This document shows, one piece after another, positions 20,924-54,483 of a DNA stretch of 64,000 nt (its first letter is position 1; each line of letters opens with the position of its first letter). The notes beneath the pieces were generated by a model that was given only the letters and a program-made list of their open reading frames with translations, had not been told where the DNA came from and ran no database searches. A program made the position numbers and the translations under genes. This DNA is from Hormiphora californensis (Eukaryota > Animalia > Ctenophora). The stretch spans positions 6,882,001 to 6,946,000 of the forward strand of contig CM035352.1 in assembly GCA_020137815.1 (NCBI GenBank), given 5' to 3'.

Positions 20924-23900
20924 ATGAACGAGCTAGACCGGCTGCGACAGGAGGCAGAGGCATTAAAACATCACATCCGTGAGGCCCGCAAGAATGTCAG
21001 AGACTGTAATATTGAAAGCCGAACAGATTCGTTAGATACCATCAGCAAGATCAATATGCGTGCTCGGAGGTTAGTTCTCGTGTTAATTGGGAGATGGAGA
21101 AATGGAATTAGAAATTCTAATATTAACATTTAGGAAATTCCAGTGTATACTATACAGTATAGTTTGTTCTTGTAAACAGTGACAAGATATAAGTAAATTC
21201 ATATGAAAGTATGTTTATGTGATCGTGCCATTAACAAGTTCTTTATCCTCAGAACGTTACGGGGACACTTAGCTAAAATTTACGCCATGCACTGGGCAGC
21301 AGATAGTCGAAATCTTGTCAGTGCTTCTCAGGTTAGTGACGTCATCCCTTGTATGAAATGTCACGTGACAGAGACGTCATCCTGTATGAAATGTCACGTG
21401 ACAGAGGGTGACATTCGATTCAGATTAAGTGATAAAACAGTGTTGGATAGCATAAACTGTAATCAGTTCTTTTTATTCTTTCTAACAAGTTTCTTCTTTC
21501 CAGGATGGAAAGCTGATCGTCTGGGATGCCTACACAACAAACAAAATCCACGCCATTCCCCTCCGATCCAGCTGGGTTATGACATGTGCATATGCCCCAT
21601 CTGGTTCATTTGTAGCATGCGGAGGTCTGGACAATTTGTGTTCCATTTACAGCCTGAAAACACGAGAAGGAAATGTTAAGGTATGTTGCCCCACCGTCTG
21701 AATATACACAGTCGGACCCCGATTTGCCAGGATGGTTGGGGGTAGGAGGTTCTGTCCGGTAAATCGGGGCCCGGTATATCGGGGTGAAGTATTGTTAATT
21801 CACTATTATATCAGAGGAAATTTATCCCCCTGGCGGGGTCCGACTGTATATAACACGCACCTTGCTTTGTCAAATATGGTCTAACTGATTTCTTGTTGCA
21901 AGTTGACCACCCACCGTGATTTTGACTAAACCATCTTCCCCAGTGGCTTTTTAGAAAAATCTCGCTGCGAATCGCATGTCACAGAACCTGATTAGATCCC
22001 ATTCCGCTGTCGCTGCTGCTGTGGCAGCAGTCGTTCTGCTCTCGTTCTTCTCCCATTCCGCTGTAATTCCGCTGGCGCGGCGGGAATAACTGCTAACAAT
22101 TGGGATCTCTAATCGAAATCCGCGCCCGTTTCTAGCAATTGTGGCTCTCTAAACATGTAACGATCACATAAGAGCACTAATGAGGTGTGAGAGCAGCATT
22201 AGCAAGCAAAACATGGATTTTTCTCTCTATTTTTCTGCTGTCAGTCAAATTTCTCGCTGCGAATGGGATTCGCCCATTCGCTATAAAAGCCACTGGGCCA
22301 CTTCCCTTATCGCCTCACTTCCTCTTCTCTCTTGTCTTCCTCCATCTTTCTTCGCTCTACTCTTCCCAATGCTCCCCCAAAAAAAAAGCCACCCCCCCCG
22401 CCCCCGGGGTTAATTCTATCCCCTTTGGGTCTTTTTACGGGGAGGCCCCAAATTTTTCCATTTTTCCCAAAAAAAAAAAAGGTTTTAAGGAGGCCCCCCA
22501 ATTTAAAAACCCCCCTTTTGCCCGGGTGGGGTTTTGGGTTCTTGAAAGGGGGGCCCCTTTATTCGGGGTGAATTTTTTAATTTTTAAACAAGAGAAAAGG
22601 GGGTCCACTGATAAACCGACCTTTTTTTTAAAAAAGGAGATTTTTTTGAATTTCCCCCACGGAGGGAAAAATTTTCCCCCGGGGTTTTTGAAAATTCCCC
22701 TAATCAAAAGTCCCCCAAACTGGCCCCCCCCCCCGGCTGGGGGGCCAATCTTTTTTTTTTCTCCCTTTTGGTTTTCCGCCCCCCGGGGGGAAATTGTAAA
22801 AGGGGAAAGAAAAGGGTTTTACAAGGGAAAAAATGTGTAAAAAAACAAAGGGGTTAAAGAAATTAAAAAAACAGGACCCCCGAGAAAGGGGGAAGGGAGC
22901 CTTTGAAAAAACCCCGGGGATTTCCCCCAAGGACCCTTTCCCCTTTTTCCCAAAAAAAATTTGCCCTTTTTTTTCCCCCCCCAAAAGACCCCAAAGAAGA
23001 AAGAGGGAAAAAAAAAACCCCCCCAGGAAAAAAAAGGGACCAAATTTTTTTAAAAAGGAAAAAAAGAAAAAAACCCCCCGGGGGCCCCCCCCCTTTTTCC
23101 CCCCCCCCCCCCCCCCCCCCCCCCCAAAACCCCCCCCGGGAGAGGGAGCTCCACAAAAGGGCTCCCTACCCGCTGTTTTCCCCAACGTTTTAAAAAAATC
23201 TCACCTCCAGTGGGGACATGACCTGCGCCAATGGGACATTGAAACCGGACAACAGAAAATAATTTTGTGGACACACAGCGAGCCATGAGTTGGCCCCCCT
23301 CTCCGACAAAAAACATTTTTATCGGTCGTAAAATTACAGTTGTTAAGGTACGGGAAATGTAATTTCAGTTGTTCGGTACGTAATAGTAAACAGGTATCAG
23401 GTTTTTAAAAGGGAATAAATAAAAAATACAGTTGTATCAGGTATAACAGCTGTAATAGTGTATCTGTCATAGTGCGGCACACATGTAATTCATCTTTCTG
23501 AGCCGTTACTTGTGTGTACGTGTGTGCGTCAGGAGAGAAGAGAGAGATGGAGAGATGGAGAGAGAGAATTGTCTTGTAAATATTCCTGCAACTCGTAGCA
23601 GCAGCTGCGTTGCAATAGGTTCAATTTCCGCTGGTTAGCAGGCAGCAACGACTCGCTAGGAAGAGAAGGTATTATTCGGTGGAGAGGGGGAGGAGGGAGT
23701 CTTTTCCTCCTGGTTTAATCGTACAAAAATCTTCTCTCTCTTTCTCTCTCTCTCTCTCTCCCTCTCCGTGTTGTCCTGCCTCACACCTATTTATCAGCGA
23801 CACCACACCAGCGAGAGAGGGAGAGAGATTCATGATACCTTTAGCATGGTATTACAGAGGAGGGTGGTTAGTAAGTGACAGGGCAGGGGTATTGACATTT

Positions 23901-25056
23901 GACAGCGGGGAAGGGAGGCCAGGGGGTAGGAAAAGAGGACCGGAGTTGGCAGGAGAAAATAGAGAGCCAGGGAGAGAAAGATGGTGAGTGATAGAGAGAG
24001 AGGTAGTCAGAGAGAGGGAGAGCCTGAACTGTTAGTAATGTAATATGGAACTTTCTTCCCCTCTCTCTCTCTCTCTTCCTCATCAATAAAAAGCTCTATG
24101 TTATAGATCCCACTGACACACACCATGCATGTAGCCATGAGGTCGTACACACGCTGTACATCCACACACACATTCCTACTCAATCAATTAGCAAGATATA
24201 ATACAATTAACTCTCTCTCTCTTTCTGTCTCGCTCTCTCTTTCTCTTTCTCTCTATTTTCTCTTTCTTTCTCTCCCACGTACATCCCACCTTCTGAACTG
24301 TCTTCCCCACTCAGTCCCCATCTCTTTTTTACTCTCTCATCTTACATAGCCATTTCATATTATCATTAAATATCGGTATTTTTATAATAGTCTCTTTATC
24401 CATGATAGAAGAAGACATGAAATATATAACCCTCCTTCTCTACAACAAATTATAACAGTTTATAGTAAGGTTTAACAGTTACAAATTGAGGAAGTCTTCC
24501 ACTGCTAGTGAACGCTTTTCGGTTAGTTCCTTTGGAAACAGTTTATTCTTTATTTAGCTGTGTTTCCATAGAAACACAAGTCTGAGAGAAAGAAAGTGAT
24601 CGGACAAAAGCAGATTGAGTTGAAAGGGGAGCCTTTCTGCACCTCCTGATTCTTGCAGTGATTGAGGGATTTATTAGGAACTGGAAGAAATCAAAGGTGT
24701 GGTCCGTGATCCGTTAAAGTTAGAGGGAAGTAACATCGTGAATGGCGCCTTTAGAAGGAATAAAAAGCATATAAACTGAAATCCACATCACACTTTTTCT
24801 ATGCGAATTCACAATCTCCCTCCTCCATCTCCCTCCCTCTTCATATCTATCGACCACTATCTCGCTTCTTTTTTCTCTCTACCACCCGCTCACTCTGTCT
24901 GTCGTAGAGAAGAGTGGCTTATGACAGGCTTGAAAATTATAATAACATAAGGCAACGACAGAATAAGGATGTACAGACATTATTTCTCCATCGCCACCTT
25001 GCAACCCTCGCTATTTTAGAGAGTAGAGAGAGAGATTCTCTTTCTCTATCTTCTCG

Positions 25057-25149
<93 letters not shown>

Positions 25150-25302
25150 CTTCTGCCATCTCCTTTTTATTACCCAAAAGACAGACACGCACATAACGAA
25201 AGAGTGTTGACAGTGTGCGATCAGCGATTGGTTATCAAGAGAGCTAAGAAGAAGAGTGTGTAGTTTGCGTGTGTACCAAGGATGACCTGCAAGTGTCACC
25301 GA

Positions 25303-25369
<67 letters not shown>

Positions 25370-26153
25370 CTCTGACAATCTCTATCTCCTTCGCCATCTC
25401 TCGCCTCATTTGCACGTAAATTGTACACACATGTCAAGGGCCTTTTTCATAGATCGTGCCGATAGAGAGGGAGGGATGAATAAAGATGAAGTCGGAAGAA
25501 TGGAATAGAGGGAATGAGAGATGATCGAAATTGTAGAAGAAATCGTTTATAGATTGAGAGAGAGTGTAGAACATGAAAACGTTAACGCAATAAAAGTACT
25601 CAAAGAGAAAGTTGCTGTGATGTGGCAGTGTTTGATTGTCTGTGTTTTTGTACGAATTTCCCCATTTTTCATCCCCATTTTGTTTCTTATTCGACAATCC
25701 CTCCCCTCATTTTTAACCCATCCCCTCATTTCAGGTGCATGTGATGCCAGTGCAAAACTCTGGGACATTCGGGATGGTATGTGCAAGCAGACGTTCACTG
25801 GCCACGACTCCGACATTAACGCAGTCTCCTTCTTCCCCAACGGCATGTCCTTTGCAACCGGTAGCGACGACGCATCCTGCCGTCTCTTTGACATCCGAGC
25901 CGACCAGGAGTTGATCAACTACTGCCATGAAAATATTATCTGTGGAATAACCTCAGTCGGATTCAGTAAGAGCGGCAGGCTCCTCTTCGCGGGGTACGAT
26001 GATTTCAATTGTAACGTCTGGGACTCTCTGATTAACACCAGGCTGGGAGTATTGGCGGCCCACGAGAACAGGGTCAGTTGCCTTGGCATTACTGATGATG
26101 GTATGGCTGTGTGCACCGGCAGCTGGGACAGTTATCTTAGGATTTGGAACTAA
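20924..26153 (+). CDS. GNB1: Heterotrimeric G-protein beta subunit (multi-exon; middle exons in corrupted sequence)
   Basis: [88 protein letters not shown]...[12 protein letters not shown]. Confidence 0.95.
21709..21846. mobile_element. Tc1/mariner-type MITE (CAGTCGGACCCC TIR)
   Basis: TIR CAGTCGGACCCCG...CGGGGTCCGACTG. A second copy lies at 39873-40012. Confidence 0.8.
22370..23330. other. Low-quality, homopolymer-smeared assembly sequence containing remnants of G-beta exons
   Basis: Runs of A/C/G/T are abnormally long. Frameshifted [17 protein letters not shown]... is recognisable at ~23205-23325. Confidence 0.85.
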
Positions 26154-28888
26154 ATTCCCTCCCTCTCTCACACACATGACTATAACTGCTCCCGCCCCGA
26201 ACTGTCTCACTCACACGTCATGATAATGTGTGTTGGGTGGGAGGGGTGAAGTTGAAGTGAAAGTGACCCCGGCTTTCCTGGGAATGTGTTCGCCCTAGGC
26301 CCAATGGACCTGCACATTGACAGGGTAGCTGGAGCACCGAACCTCTTAACTAACCCACCTCTCACCTACCGAGTCAGCGAGGGGCAGAGAGAATGAGAGG
26401 GAGAGAGAAAGAGGGTTTGGTTTGTGTGTGTAAGTGTGTGTGTACTATGTCTCTAGATTGACCCCCTAACCTTTCTAATTTCCTCTTTTCCGGCACATAC
26501 CACATAATATAGCAAGAGAGAGAGATAGAGAGAATGGATTATTTTGCTCTTATGATCAGGGAGAGAGAAAGAACACCTGTATGTATTTGTATTTACAGAT
26601 TTACCCCGCCTTTAGATGTCGTGTGCCCAGTTGAGTGAGTGAGAATAATAACACAGTGAGAAAAGTGAGACATGATAGAGAGAGAGAGCTATTTATTATG
26701 AGATGACTGAATACACTGAATACACACTACTTGAAGCGTTTTTTGTTGCACACATGTACACACACACACACACACATACATGTAAAGTATGGTTAGACAT
26801 TTCTAATTCCCAGGCTGGAATAGACCGCGCTGATCTCTCTCTCTCTCCCCCTTCCTCTTTCATCTCTCATTTTGTGTGTGGATAATATGTGTGTGTGGTA
26901 CTGGTGTGCCGCGTAGCAACATAAGACGTTTTTTTCATATTCTAATTTCCGTAAAACTGTTTTTAGGGCGTTTGATTTTGGTGATTTGGAGAGTAATAGA
27001 GACCGAGAGAGTGAGAGAGAAAGAGAGAGAGAGAGAGAGTGAGAGAGACTAGGTTTGTGTGTAAATCATAAAGGCAGGAACTACATCCAGTCTGTTATTA
27101 TATGGGGGATTGTGTTAAATTTGATTTAAAGAACAACAGAGTGAAAGAGAGAACCTATCCATATGTAATAAACATCATAATTTAGTAATATCTTAATGAC
27201 GAGAGAGAGAGAGAGAGAATTATATACCAGCTCGCTAGTGTACGGGCGTGTATAATACTTCTGTGTATACAAGAAAAGAGTGTGTTTCAGTGCACTCTTA
27301 TTATGATATGTTTTGTGCGAGAATATCATCAGGTATAATTATCTGACCCGCTTCGAGAGAGAGATCGGGTACTATTTGACCCGCTCCGAGAGAGAGAGAT
27401 CGGGTACTATCTGACCTGCTCCAAGAAGGAGAGATATAGAGCTGATTAACGGTGTAACAACTATTAGATATATATCTGATGAAAGAGAGAGATTAATATA
27501 AACTCTCTCCCAATATTGTAATGAGAGAGAACTCTCTCTCCTTACATTCTGTACGTTGCTGTCTGTGGGTCGTATAACATCGTGTCATTTTCATTAATAC
27601 TACATTATAAAATTATACCCATTTTAAATGGTCGTTATCTATCTGAGCAACCAAATACAAAATTAAATCTCTCGCAATGATCTCATAATAATGATTTCTC
27701 CATTATGTCATTGCTTGGGTTAAGGAGAGAGAGAATGGAACGGTCAAGTTGTGGATGAAATGTGAATCCAAATAAAATTGAAGGTAGAGATCAGGGATGT
27801 AGAGAGAGGGATCTGAGAGAGTAGCTCATCATTCTCCGAGGAAAATGAGTATCCTGTAATTGTTGTTGTTGGCTTTCTGAAAATTAGGCAACTAACGTTC
27901 TCTTCAGTAATATTAGCGGTGCATACTCGCTCAGACAAACATCAATACTGACAAGCAAAAGATATGCTAACCGCAATATATGCATTTATCTTTTTCTTTC
28001 TATCTCTCTGTCTCTATCTCTCTATATCACTATATCACTCTCCCCTCCCTCTTTCACGATCTTTCTCGCTCTATCTTACTGTAGAAAGTAGTAGCCGGGC
28101 CCTATCTTTCTCTCCCCTCAGCCCTCTCTCTCTAGCTCTTTCTCTCTCTCTCTCTCTCTTTCTCTCCCCCTCTCTCTACGCATGTACGACAAGTGTATCC
28201 CAGAGTGTAACATGAATATATGTACCACAATATTCCTGTGCGGTGAGGTTTGTCTGATCGTTTGTATGTTCGTTTGTATGTTCGTTTGTCTCTTCGTGCG
28301 TTTGTGTGTTCGTGTAAATTAACAACCGTTTCCTCCTTTAATTATGTAGCTTGGTGTGTGCGTGTGTGTTTACTGCGCTTCTGCAGCTACACCAATGTAA
28401 CACTGTAAGGAGATTACACTGCCCTCTCTCTCTATATTTAATCTTCTCTAGATTCTCTCTTTTTTATTAATGTTTATTATTTTATTGATCTAGTCTTCTC
28501 CCTTTTCTCTATTTACTCCTGCCCTTTTCTCGACCTGGCCTTGTTCTCCCTCGATATACGTACTCTTTTGATCTAGTTCTGTCTTCTCTATCTTTATCCC
28601 TGTCATAGTTCCTGTAATGTGTATCTATCTCAACTTCCGTATCCAACGAGTATGAATCTAAGTCTCTTGTTTCAACTACCGTATCTTTAGGATTCACATG
28701 GTGCATGCAGAGTGCAGACACTTCTTCCTTTATCACGTTTTATTTTCCATTTTATTTTCTATTTTATCGTCACAATTTTCCCATTTCTGCCTTTGTCGGG
28801 CAATCAATCCCTTTTCTTTTCACTCTCTTTGTAAACCTTTCTCTCTCTTTCTCTCTCTCTCTCTCACTCTCTCTCACTCTCTATCTCC

Positions 28889-28961
<73 letters not shown>

Positions 28962-29504
28962 TCGTTACCCTCTCCCTCAGTTCCTCTCCTTTCACTTTCG
29001 ATCGACAGTTCTACTACATCTCCATTACTCCATTTAGTTGTTCTATGGTAACCCATGTCAGCTTGCTCTCCCTCCCTTTATATTTACCCCTCCTTTCAGC
29101 CTCCGTGTGGCTCTCCCTATCTTTACCTCCCTGCTTTCCTGCGGCTCTCTATTTTCTTCAATGAATAGGAGGCTCTCTGTTCTACTTCAAAGAGCCCCCA
29201 TTTCCCCTTTCACGAAATAAGGGGATGATTTTGAAAATGTGCTGTGGGTGGGGTGAATTATATACTGAGTATCTGAAAGAGCGTGAGCGAGAGGGAGTGA
29301 GAGAGAGAGAGAGAGAGGAAAGAGAGGTAGGGAGGAGTCGAGTGAAAGATGGTAAATTTATTGAGCGGGCGCCCTCGCCATTTAGTTGAAGCCTATACTG
29401 AGGCAGTATCGCACAGCATTCCCCAATTGGATGGCTACTGTGCGCGCACAAAGGGAGAAAGTCAGGGGAGGGGAGATGTGTACAAATCGTACAATGTACA
29501 TATC

Positions 29505-29590
<86 letters not shown>

Positions 29591-30402
29591 TTGCACATAT
29601 GCTGACGCACAACATATTCTGCAAATCTCATCAAATCACCCTGATACATCCTGATCAAAACCAGAATAACGTCATCAGGATCTTTGGTTTGACAAGATTC
29701 ACTGAATGATTGTTGGGATGTTGAGGGTAAGAGATAGAGAGATGGGAGAAAGAGAGAGAGGAGAGAGAGAGAGATAAGAGCCACCACCTCTCCAGTGACG
29801 GATGATCTCACCCAACATTCCACTCCTATTTATCAGGTCTCTCTCATATGTCTAATTCTATATTGAAATGACCATCGGCTCCCGATTTGCGTGGGTGGAC
29901 GAGATTCGATAAACAAGGATGGATGTTGAAATGTAATTGAACTCGCACCACACTTGTGACTTGTTTATCGAGTGCTCTGTGACTTGATATACAGGGTGTT
30001 CATGTCGGATTCATATGAGAGAGACCGGTCTGATAAATATAGACAGGAATGCTATGTGACATCAAAAGTCGAAACAAAAACGATTCTTCAAAGTGTAAAA
30101 CTATAAAATGAGTGAAATATCTATAGAACAATATAAAAAACGGCGAGTAAAAGAAATTCTCTGCGGAGCTCCTTTTAACTAAACAAAGACTAAGAAGGCT
30201 GAGGGGGAAGTGGCAAAGATAGAGAGAGGGACGAACGAGACGGGAGAGAGAGAATTGAGGGGGTGTGCTCAAGAGAATAACTGGGAGAGAGATAGAAGTG
30301 AAGAACGAGAGAGGGAAGAGAGAGAGGGGAAGAGCGATGAACACGTGTAAAGCTAATGCCACACAATGTGCTAAGCTCTATCTCTCACTCTCTCTATCTC
30401 TA

Positions 30403-30463
<61 letters not shown>

Positions 30464-30515
30464 CTAGCTCTCACCTTCGCTCCATTCATATCTCTCTATC
30501 ATTCACGTTCCACCG

Positions 30516-30588
<73 letters not shown>

Positions 30589-30832
30589 CTCTCTCTCTCG
30601 TTTTAGTCCCCTCTGCACTTGTCACGTGGGCGGAAGACAATGGGAAATGCAGATCACTGTCACTTGAACACAGCCACACAGTCCCTACAAGGTTCACAGT
30701 CAGACACAACCCCGCGGCCACAGTCCCTTCAAGGTTCACATGTATAATAGCTGTCTCTTCGTGGCGTAACCCACAACTCTGCAGTGGCCATGATCCATTA
30801 TAATAGTATCACATTGATTCATGGCCCATTAT

Positions 30833-49999
<19,167 letters not shown>

Positions 50000-50267
50000 T
50001 CGGAGCTACTGGGGAAAAAGTGTTTGAATTATAAGAACGGCAAAGATAAATATATTGCTTGCTTCAGTCATCCTGTAAAAACACACAAATTTCAATCAGA
50101 CAAAAACTATTAACGTATAACGTAACAATTAACATAACACTTATAATTAAAAAATGATGAAAATTGTTAATCTCTTTCTCATCCGACCCATTTTCTGTAA
50201 CTATCAAGTAAAGCATCAACAATGACCTTCTCCAGCTCAATACCATCATCCCCCACTTTGTGAACTG

Positions 50268-51085
50268 TTATTTCTTCACTACTGAGTCTCCCGGATAAAA
50301 TACAACCTCCGACCTCCGAGTTGAGAGAGTATTACCAATGACCATCTTCTGGCCATATCGCTCAAGTGACCGCTGGGCTTTGGCCGCCAGAATCGCTGCG
50401 TCAGTTTCAAGTTTAAAAGAAACTGAGAATGACTCTGGAGCCCACTCCTTGCAGAGAGTACCGAGGAGTTTTGGAACGGGCTGCAGCTGAATGTTAAGGG
50501 CTGCGTCACTCGATTGGATTTTGTGCTCCGACATCTCAGATCTTGGGATGTAATAATCGGACACAGCGGCTGCCATGTAGAGAATGGCCTTGTTTCCCAA
50601 AGGTAACAACAGCTTCGATATTCCCCTCATGTACCAAAGGTAGTCGGTACATGTCTCAAATTCAAACTGGTATAGATTAGGCGAGTAAGAGTGGTAGTCC
50701 CGATAGACGCTGGTGAAATTACGCCCGGATTCCGTGTCTCCCTGACAGACAGCTCTCCGTTATCGGATTCCTTGAACGCATCATTCACCATGGAGGCATC
50801 AAAATGTCGGAAGAATGGTTTCAAAGAGTTTGTTCGCCTAAGGAGGATGACAATGCACCCTTTTTTGAGGAAGTACTCGGCACTTGCTGCTCCCCTTTTC
50901 CCCGTACTAAAGTTGTCAATGAACCGTACCGTGTTGCATTCAAGGGGCACTGTAGTCCCTCCTGAAGTGACTAAAACAACAGGGCATGTTAATGAGATGT
51001 GGCGTCCTTTAAGAAATTCTACAAGGCCTTCCACTTCAGAATCGTATTTTGTAGGCTTCTGAGTTTCGTCAAAAATGTTGTTCAT
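50268..51085 (-). CDS. PPCS: Phosphopantothenate-cysteine ligase (intronless; one apparent frameshift near 50720)
   Basis: VVLVTSGGTTVPLECNTVRFIDNFSTGKRGAASAEYFL, YMAAAVSDYYIP..MSEHKIQS, SFKLETD. Confidence 0.92.
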
Positions 51086-52333
51086 CTTTGCTCAATCAAC
51101 AATTCTAGGAGAAAACAGTTTAAAAGGTGCTTTGATGCAAAACTTTAATTCTTCAAACCAATGTTCTCTAAGGGTTGGCAACGAGGCATGAGCGGGAAAA
51201 AACTTGGCAAACGTTGCTGGCCCCTGGCTGTTCTGCGCCACGCGCAGCGCGGGATAAAGCAGCGCTTTTCAAGGAAAAAATCATAAAACTGACAGAAAAT
51301 AAAGAAGCAGAAAGAACAATAAATTATAATAAATTACCCACACACCGTCATACTCTCATACTCCCTCTCTCTGCTCACTTGTCTCGAAAGTCTAAATCTT
51401 CCACACTGACTGGGACAACCCTCTCTTGGTTCCCCGAAGCGCAACAAGAGTTGATCTTAACAAACTGAATCGTGTCTTTCTCGGATGGATGAAGGACATG
51501 GTTAGCGTAACTCTCCTTGTGCCTGTCACAGATCTTCCTGGCCGCTCGCTCCAAAACCTTCCCTACTTCTCGGCAAAACCTCCCGACGTGGAGAATAAGA
51601 GGGGCGTGAAGGAACCCTGCTCCACTTCTTGCACCTTCGCATATAGGCAAGTTTCTTCTGATTGTGTGCTGTTATACAGGTTCGTGATGGGCATTGTCAG
51701 GTAGGAGGGGCATTAGGATGGAAAACCGTACATCCATGAAACTGGTCTGCATGTCAGACCATAAGCCACGACAGACTATGTCCATTCGTGCTTCAGCTTT
51801 GATATTTGCACTGATTGGCAGGTTGAATCGTCACAGGGCAACATGGGGCTGTTCAGTGTTAACCGGGTTTAAATCCCGCATACCGAAGGATATCGGTAAG
51901 GTATCCCGAAGGTGGTCATGTCTCCACATATCAAAGCTCCAACCTTGCAGATCAAGGGCGTGGTCACTGGTGTTTTGTGCCCCACAGCGCATTTCCCATG
52001 GTGCCGGGAAGTGGAAGCCGTTTGAGCCGAATGGCATCGACAAACTCAACACTGGTTGAGCTCATGGCCCAGTTTCTGCAGCGGTCGAGCAGTTAGCAAC
52101 TAGAAGCACGGGTTCGGAGCACAGCTCATCGCACGCTGTGTCTTCATATCAAGTACTGCAAAGATATCTGCACGTTCGTTGCATGCCTCTCATCAGTGGC
52201 GTCGGCACACTTCTTCTTCAACTTTCCGCTTTTCATCTCGGCATCCATGAGTGTATTTGGACAGTCTCTTCCGCCAGGAAAGAGACACTAGTGGTCGGTA
52301 GCAAAACGGGAATTATTGTATTCTTGATTAGCC

Positions 52334-53991
52334 GGGGGGGGTTCAACCTATGTTTGTACGTTTGTACGGAAAAAACACGGGTTCTCCAACAAAAAATACA
52401 AAAAATACAAAAAAGTACAAAAAAATACAAAAAATACAAAAAAATAAAACGGGTATAACGATTAAACAAAGCTTTTCTGATCGTTGAAACTTTGTTTATG
52501 ATCATAATGTGTCATAAATTCCTATTAAACTGTGGTTCATACAAAATTAGCAACTTTTCTTATAATTGGAAGATAAAAACATGTTTTAATCATGTTTTAA
52601 TTGTTCTTTATCAAAACACAAGGAAATATTTATTCAAAATTTTCGAAATCTGAATCAATGATTGTACTTTTTCGAATTCGAATGGAAGATAATAATTACA
52701 CGACAAACGTTCCTAGGTGGTACATTAGGACAAAAGGAACCGTCCATGAACTTTTACAGGCACCCACCTCCTCATAATTTGTTGTGCTTTTTTTGTACTG
52801 TTGTACGAAAAATTGGAATTTCTAAGAGAGAAAATCTTTCCAATCGAACTTTCTATCCAAGAAAGTATTATCGAATCGCAATTTAAGCGAGAGAAATTTT
52901 CCCGAATCGCAATTTCTTACCGAGAAATTTTTTCGAATCGTATTTTCTAAGCGAGAAATTTCCCCAAATCGCAATTCTCTACGAGAAAATTTTCTTGAAT
53001 CGTATTATCTAAGCGAGAAAATTCCCGAATCGCAATTTCTACCGAGAAAATTTCTCGAAACGTATTTTCTAAGCGAGAAATTTCCTCGAATCGAAATTTG
53101 TTACCGAGAAATTTTTCTCGAATCGTATTTTCTAAGCGAGAAATTTCCCGAATCGCAATTCTTACCGAGAAAATTTTTTCTCGAATCGTATTTTCTAAGC
53201 GAGAAATTTCCCCGAATCGCAATTTCTTACCGAGAAAATTTTCTCGAATCGTATTATCTAAGCGAGAAATTTTCTCGCATCGCAATTTCTTACCGAGAAA
53301 ATTTTTCTCGAATCGTATTTTCTAAGCGAAATTTCCCCCGAATCGCAATTTCTTACCGAGAAAATTTTTCTCGAATCGTATTTTCTAAGCGAGAAATTTC
53401 CCCGAATCGCAATTTCTTACCGAGGAAATTTTCTCGAATCGTATTTTCTAACGAGAAATTTCCCCGAATCGCAATTTCTTACCGAGAAAAATTTCTCGAA
53501 TCGTATTTCTAAGCGAGAAATTTCCTAGCATCGCAATCTCTTACCGGAAAATTTTCTCGAATCGTATTTTCTAAGCGAGATATTTCCCCGAATCCCAATT
53601 TCTTACCGAAAAATTTCTCGAATCGTATTTTCTAACGAAAAAATTCCCCAAATCGCAATTTTACCGAGAAAATTATCCCGAATCGAAATTAGTACCGAGA
53701 AAGTGATTCAACTGAGAAAATTTTCTCGTAATCGTAACGGTAATCTGAATCAATGATTTCGTTTGGACGACAATGGAACTAAAAACGTTCATATTAATGA
53801 TAGATGGTACATGAACATAAACGGAACCCAGCTATGTATTATTTATACTTTTATCAGGCACCCACATCCTTCATTATTTTTTGTATTTTTGTATTGTTTG
53901 TATGAAAAAAAACAGGAATTTCGGATACTTTTATTTATGGTCCGTACAAAACCGTACAAAACCGTACAAAAAAATAGGTTGGAACCCCCCC
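52334..53991. mobile_element. Non-autonomous TIR DNA element carrying an internal satellite
   Basis: Ends GGGGGGGGTTCAACCTAT..TTTGTACG / CGTACAAA..ATAGGTTGGAACCCCCCC. TSD TTAGCC (52328-52333 and 53992-53997). Excision restores ENPVQTANQEYNNS. Confidence 0.88.
52868..53725. repeat. ~57-bp dimeric tandem repeat (CGAATCGTATTTTCTAAGCGAGAAATTTCCC + CGAATCGCAATTTCTTACCGAGAAAATTTTCT)
   Basis: About 15 higher-order units, each made of two related ~28-30-bp subunits. Confidence 0.95.
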
Positions 53992-54483
53992 TTAGCCGTT
54001 TGTACCGGATTTTCCAATGCCATACCTCCCATCTTGACGGGGAGTGCTAGGATCCTCCTCTCAATGTCCGAGATATGCTTTCCCACAAATAGGGGTATCA
54101 GCTTGTGCCTCAGGATGTCTTTTCAAGGAAAAAACAAACGTCTTGCATTTTTTTGACAAAAACGAGAAAAATATTTTTTCAACTTCCTTTTTCACGCGAC
54201 GCCGCGCGCTACTGTCGATTTGAAATGCAGCGTTGTTGAACAGAAAATTGCGCGTTACGTATTTATTTACAAATGCAGCGCCGCGTCACGGTTCTGAGCT
54301 GAGCCGAGATTTTGAGAAAAAAAACCGCATCAAATTTTGTCCGTTTGGCGTTTTCGCTTTCGAGTTTCGTAAACGGGGTTTAGGCTCTAAGCAGAATGTA
54401 GACTGTAGAAATATGTTATTTATAGTCTGGTTGGACCAGCTATTATATATAATATTATATTTCATTGACTTGTACATTTCAAG

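Larger units (their letters stand above)
51400..54150 (-). mobile_element. C-terminal fragment of a CRE-like non-LTR retrotransposon (zinc knuckle plus restriction-like endonuclease), frameshifted and interrupted
   Basis: ILALPVKMGGMALENP, CGAQNTSDHAL...RHDHLRD, ARMDIVCRGLWSDMQTSFMDVR.FHPNAP, VQEVEQGSFTPL, RFSLLRSTLVALRGTK, spread across shifting frames. Confidence 0.75.

Noticed and set aside
22180-23330. Many overlapping Lys/Pro/Gly/Phe-rich ORFs on both strands
   Set aside because: Homopolymer-smeared low-quality sequence replacing G-beta exons; an artefact, not a gene or G-quadruplex island.
50620-50740. Programmed frameshifting in PPCS or GLS
   Set aside because: No slippery site with a downstream structure was seen, and scattered indels throughout the window point to assembly error.
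52868-53725. CRISPR-like repeat array
   Set aside because: No unique spacers, eukaryotic context, and it lies inside a TIR element.
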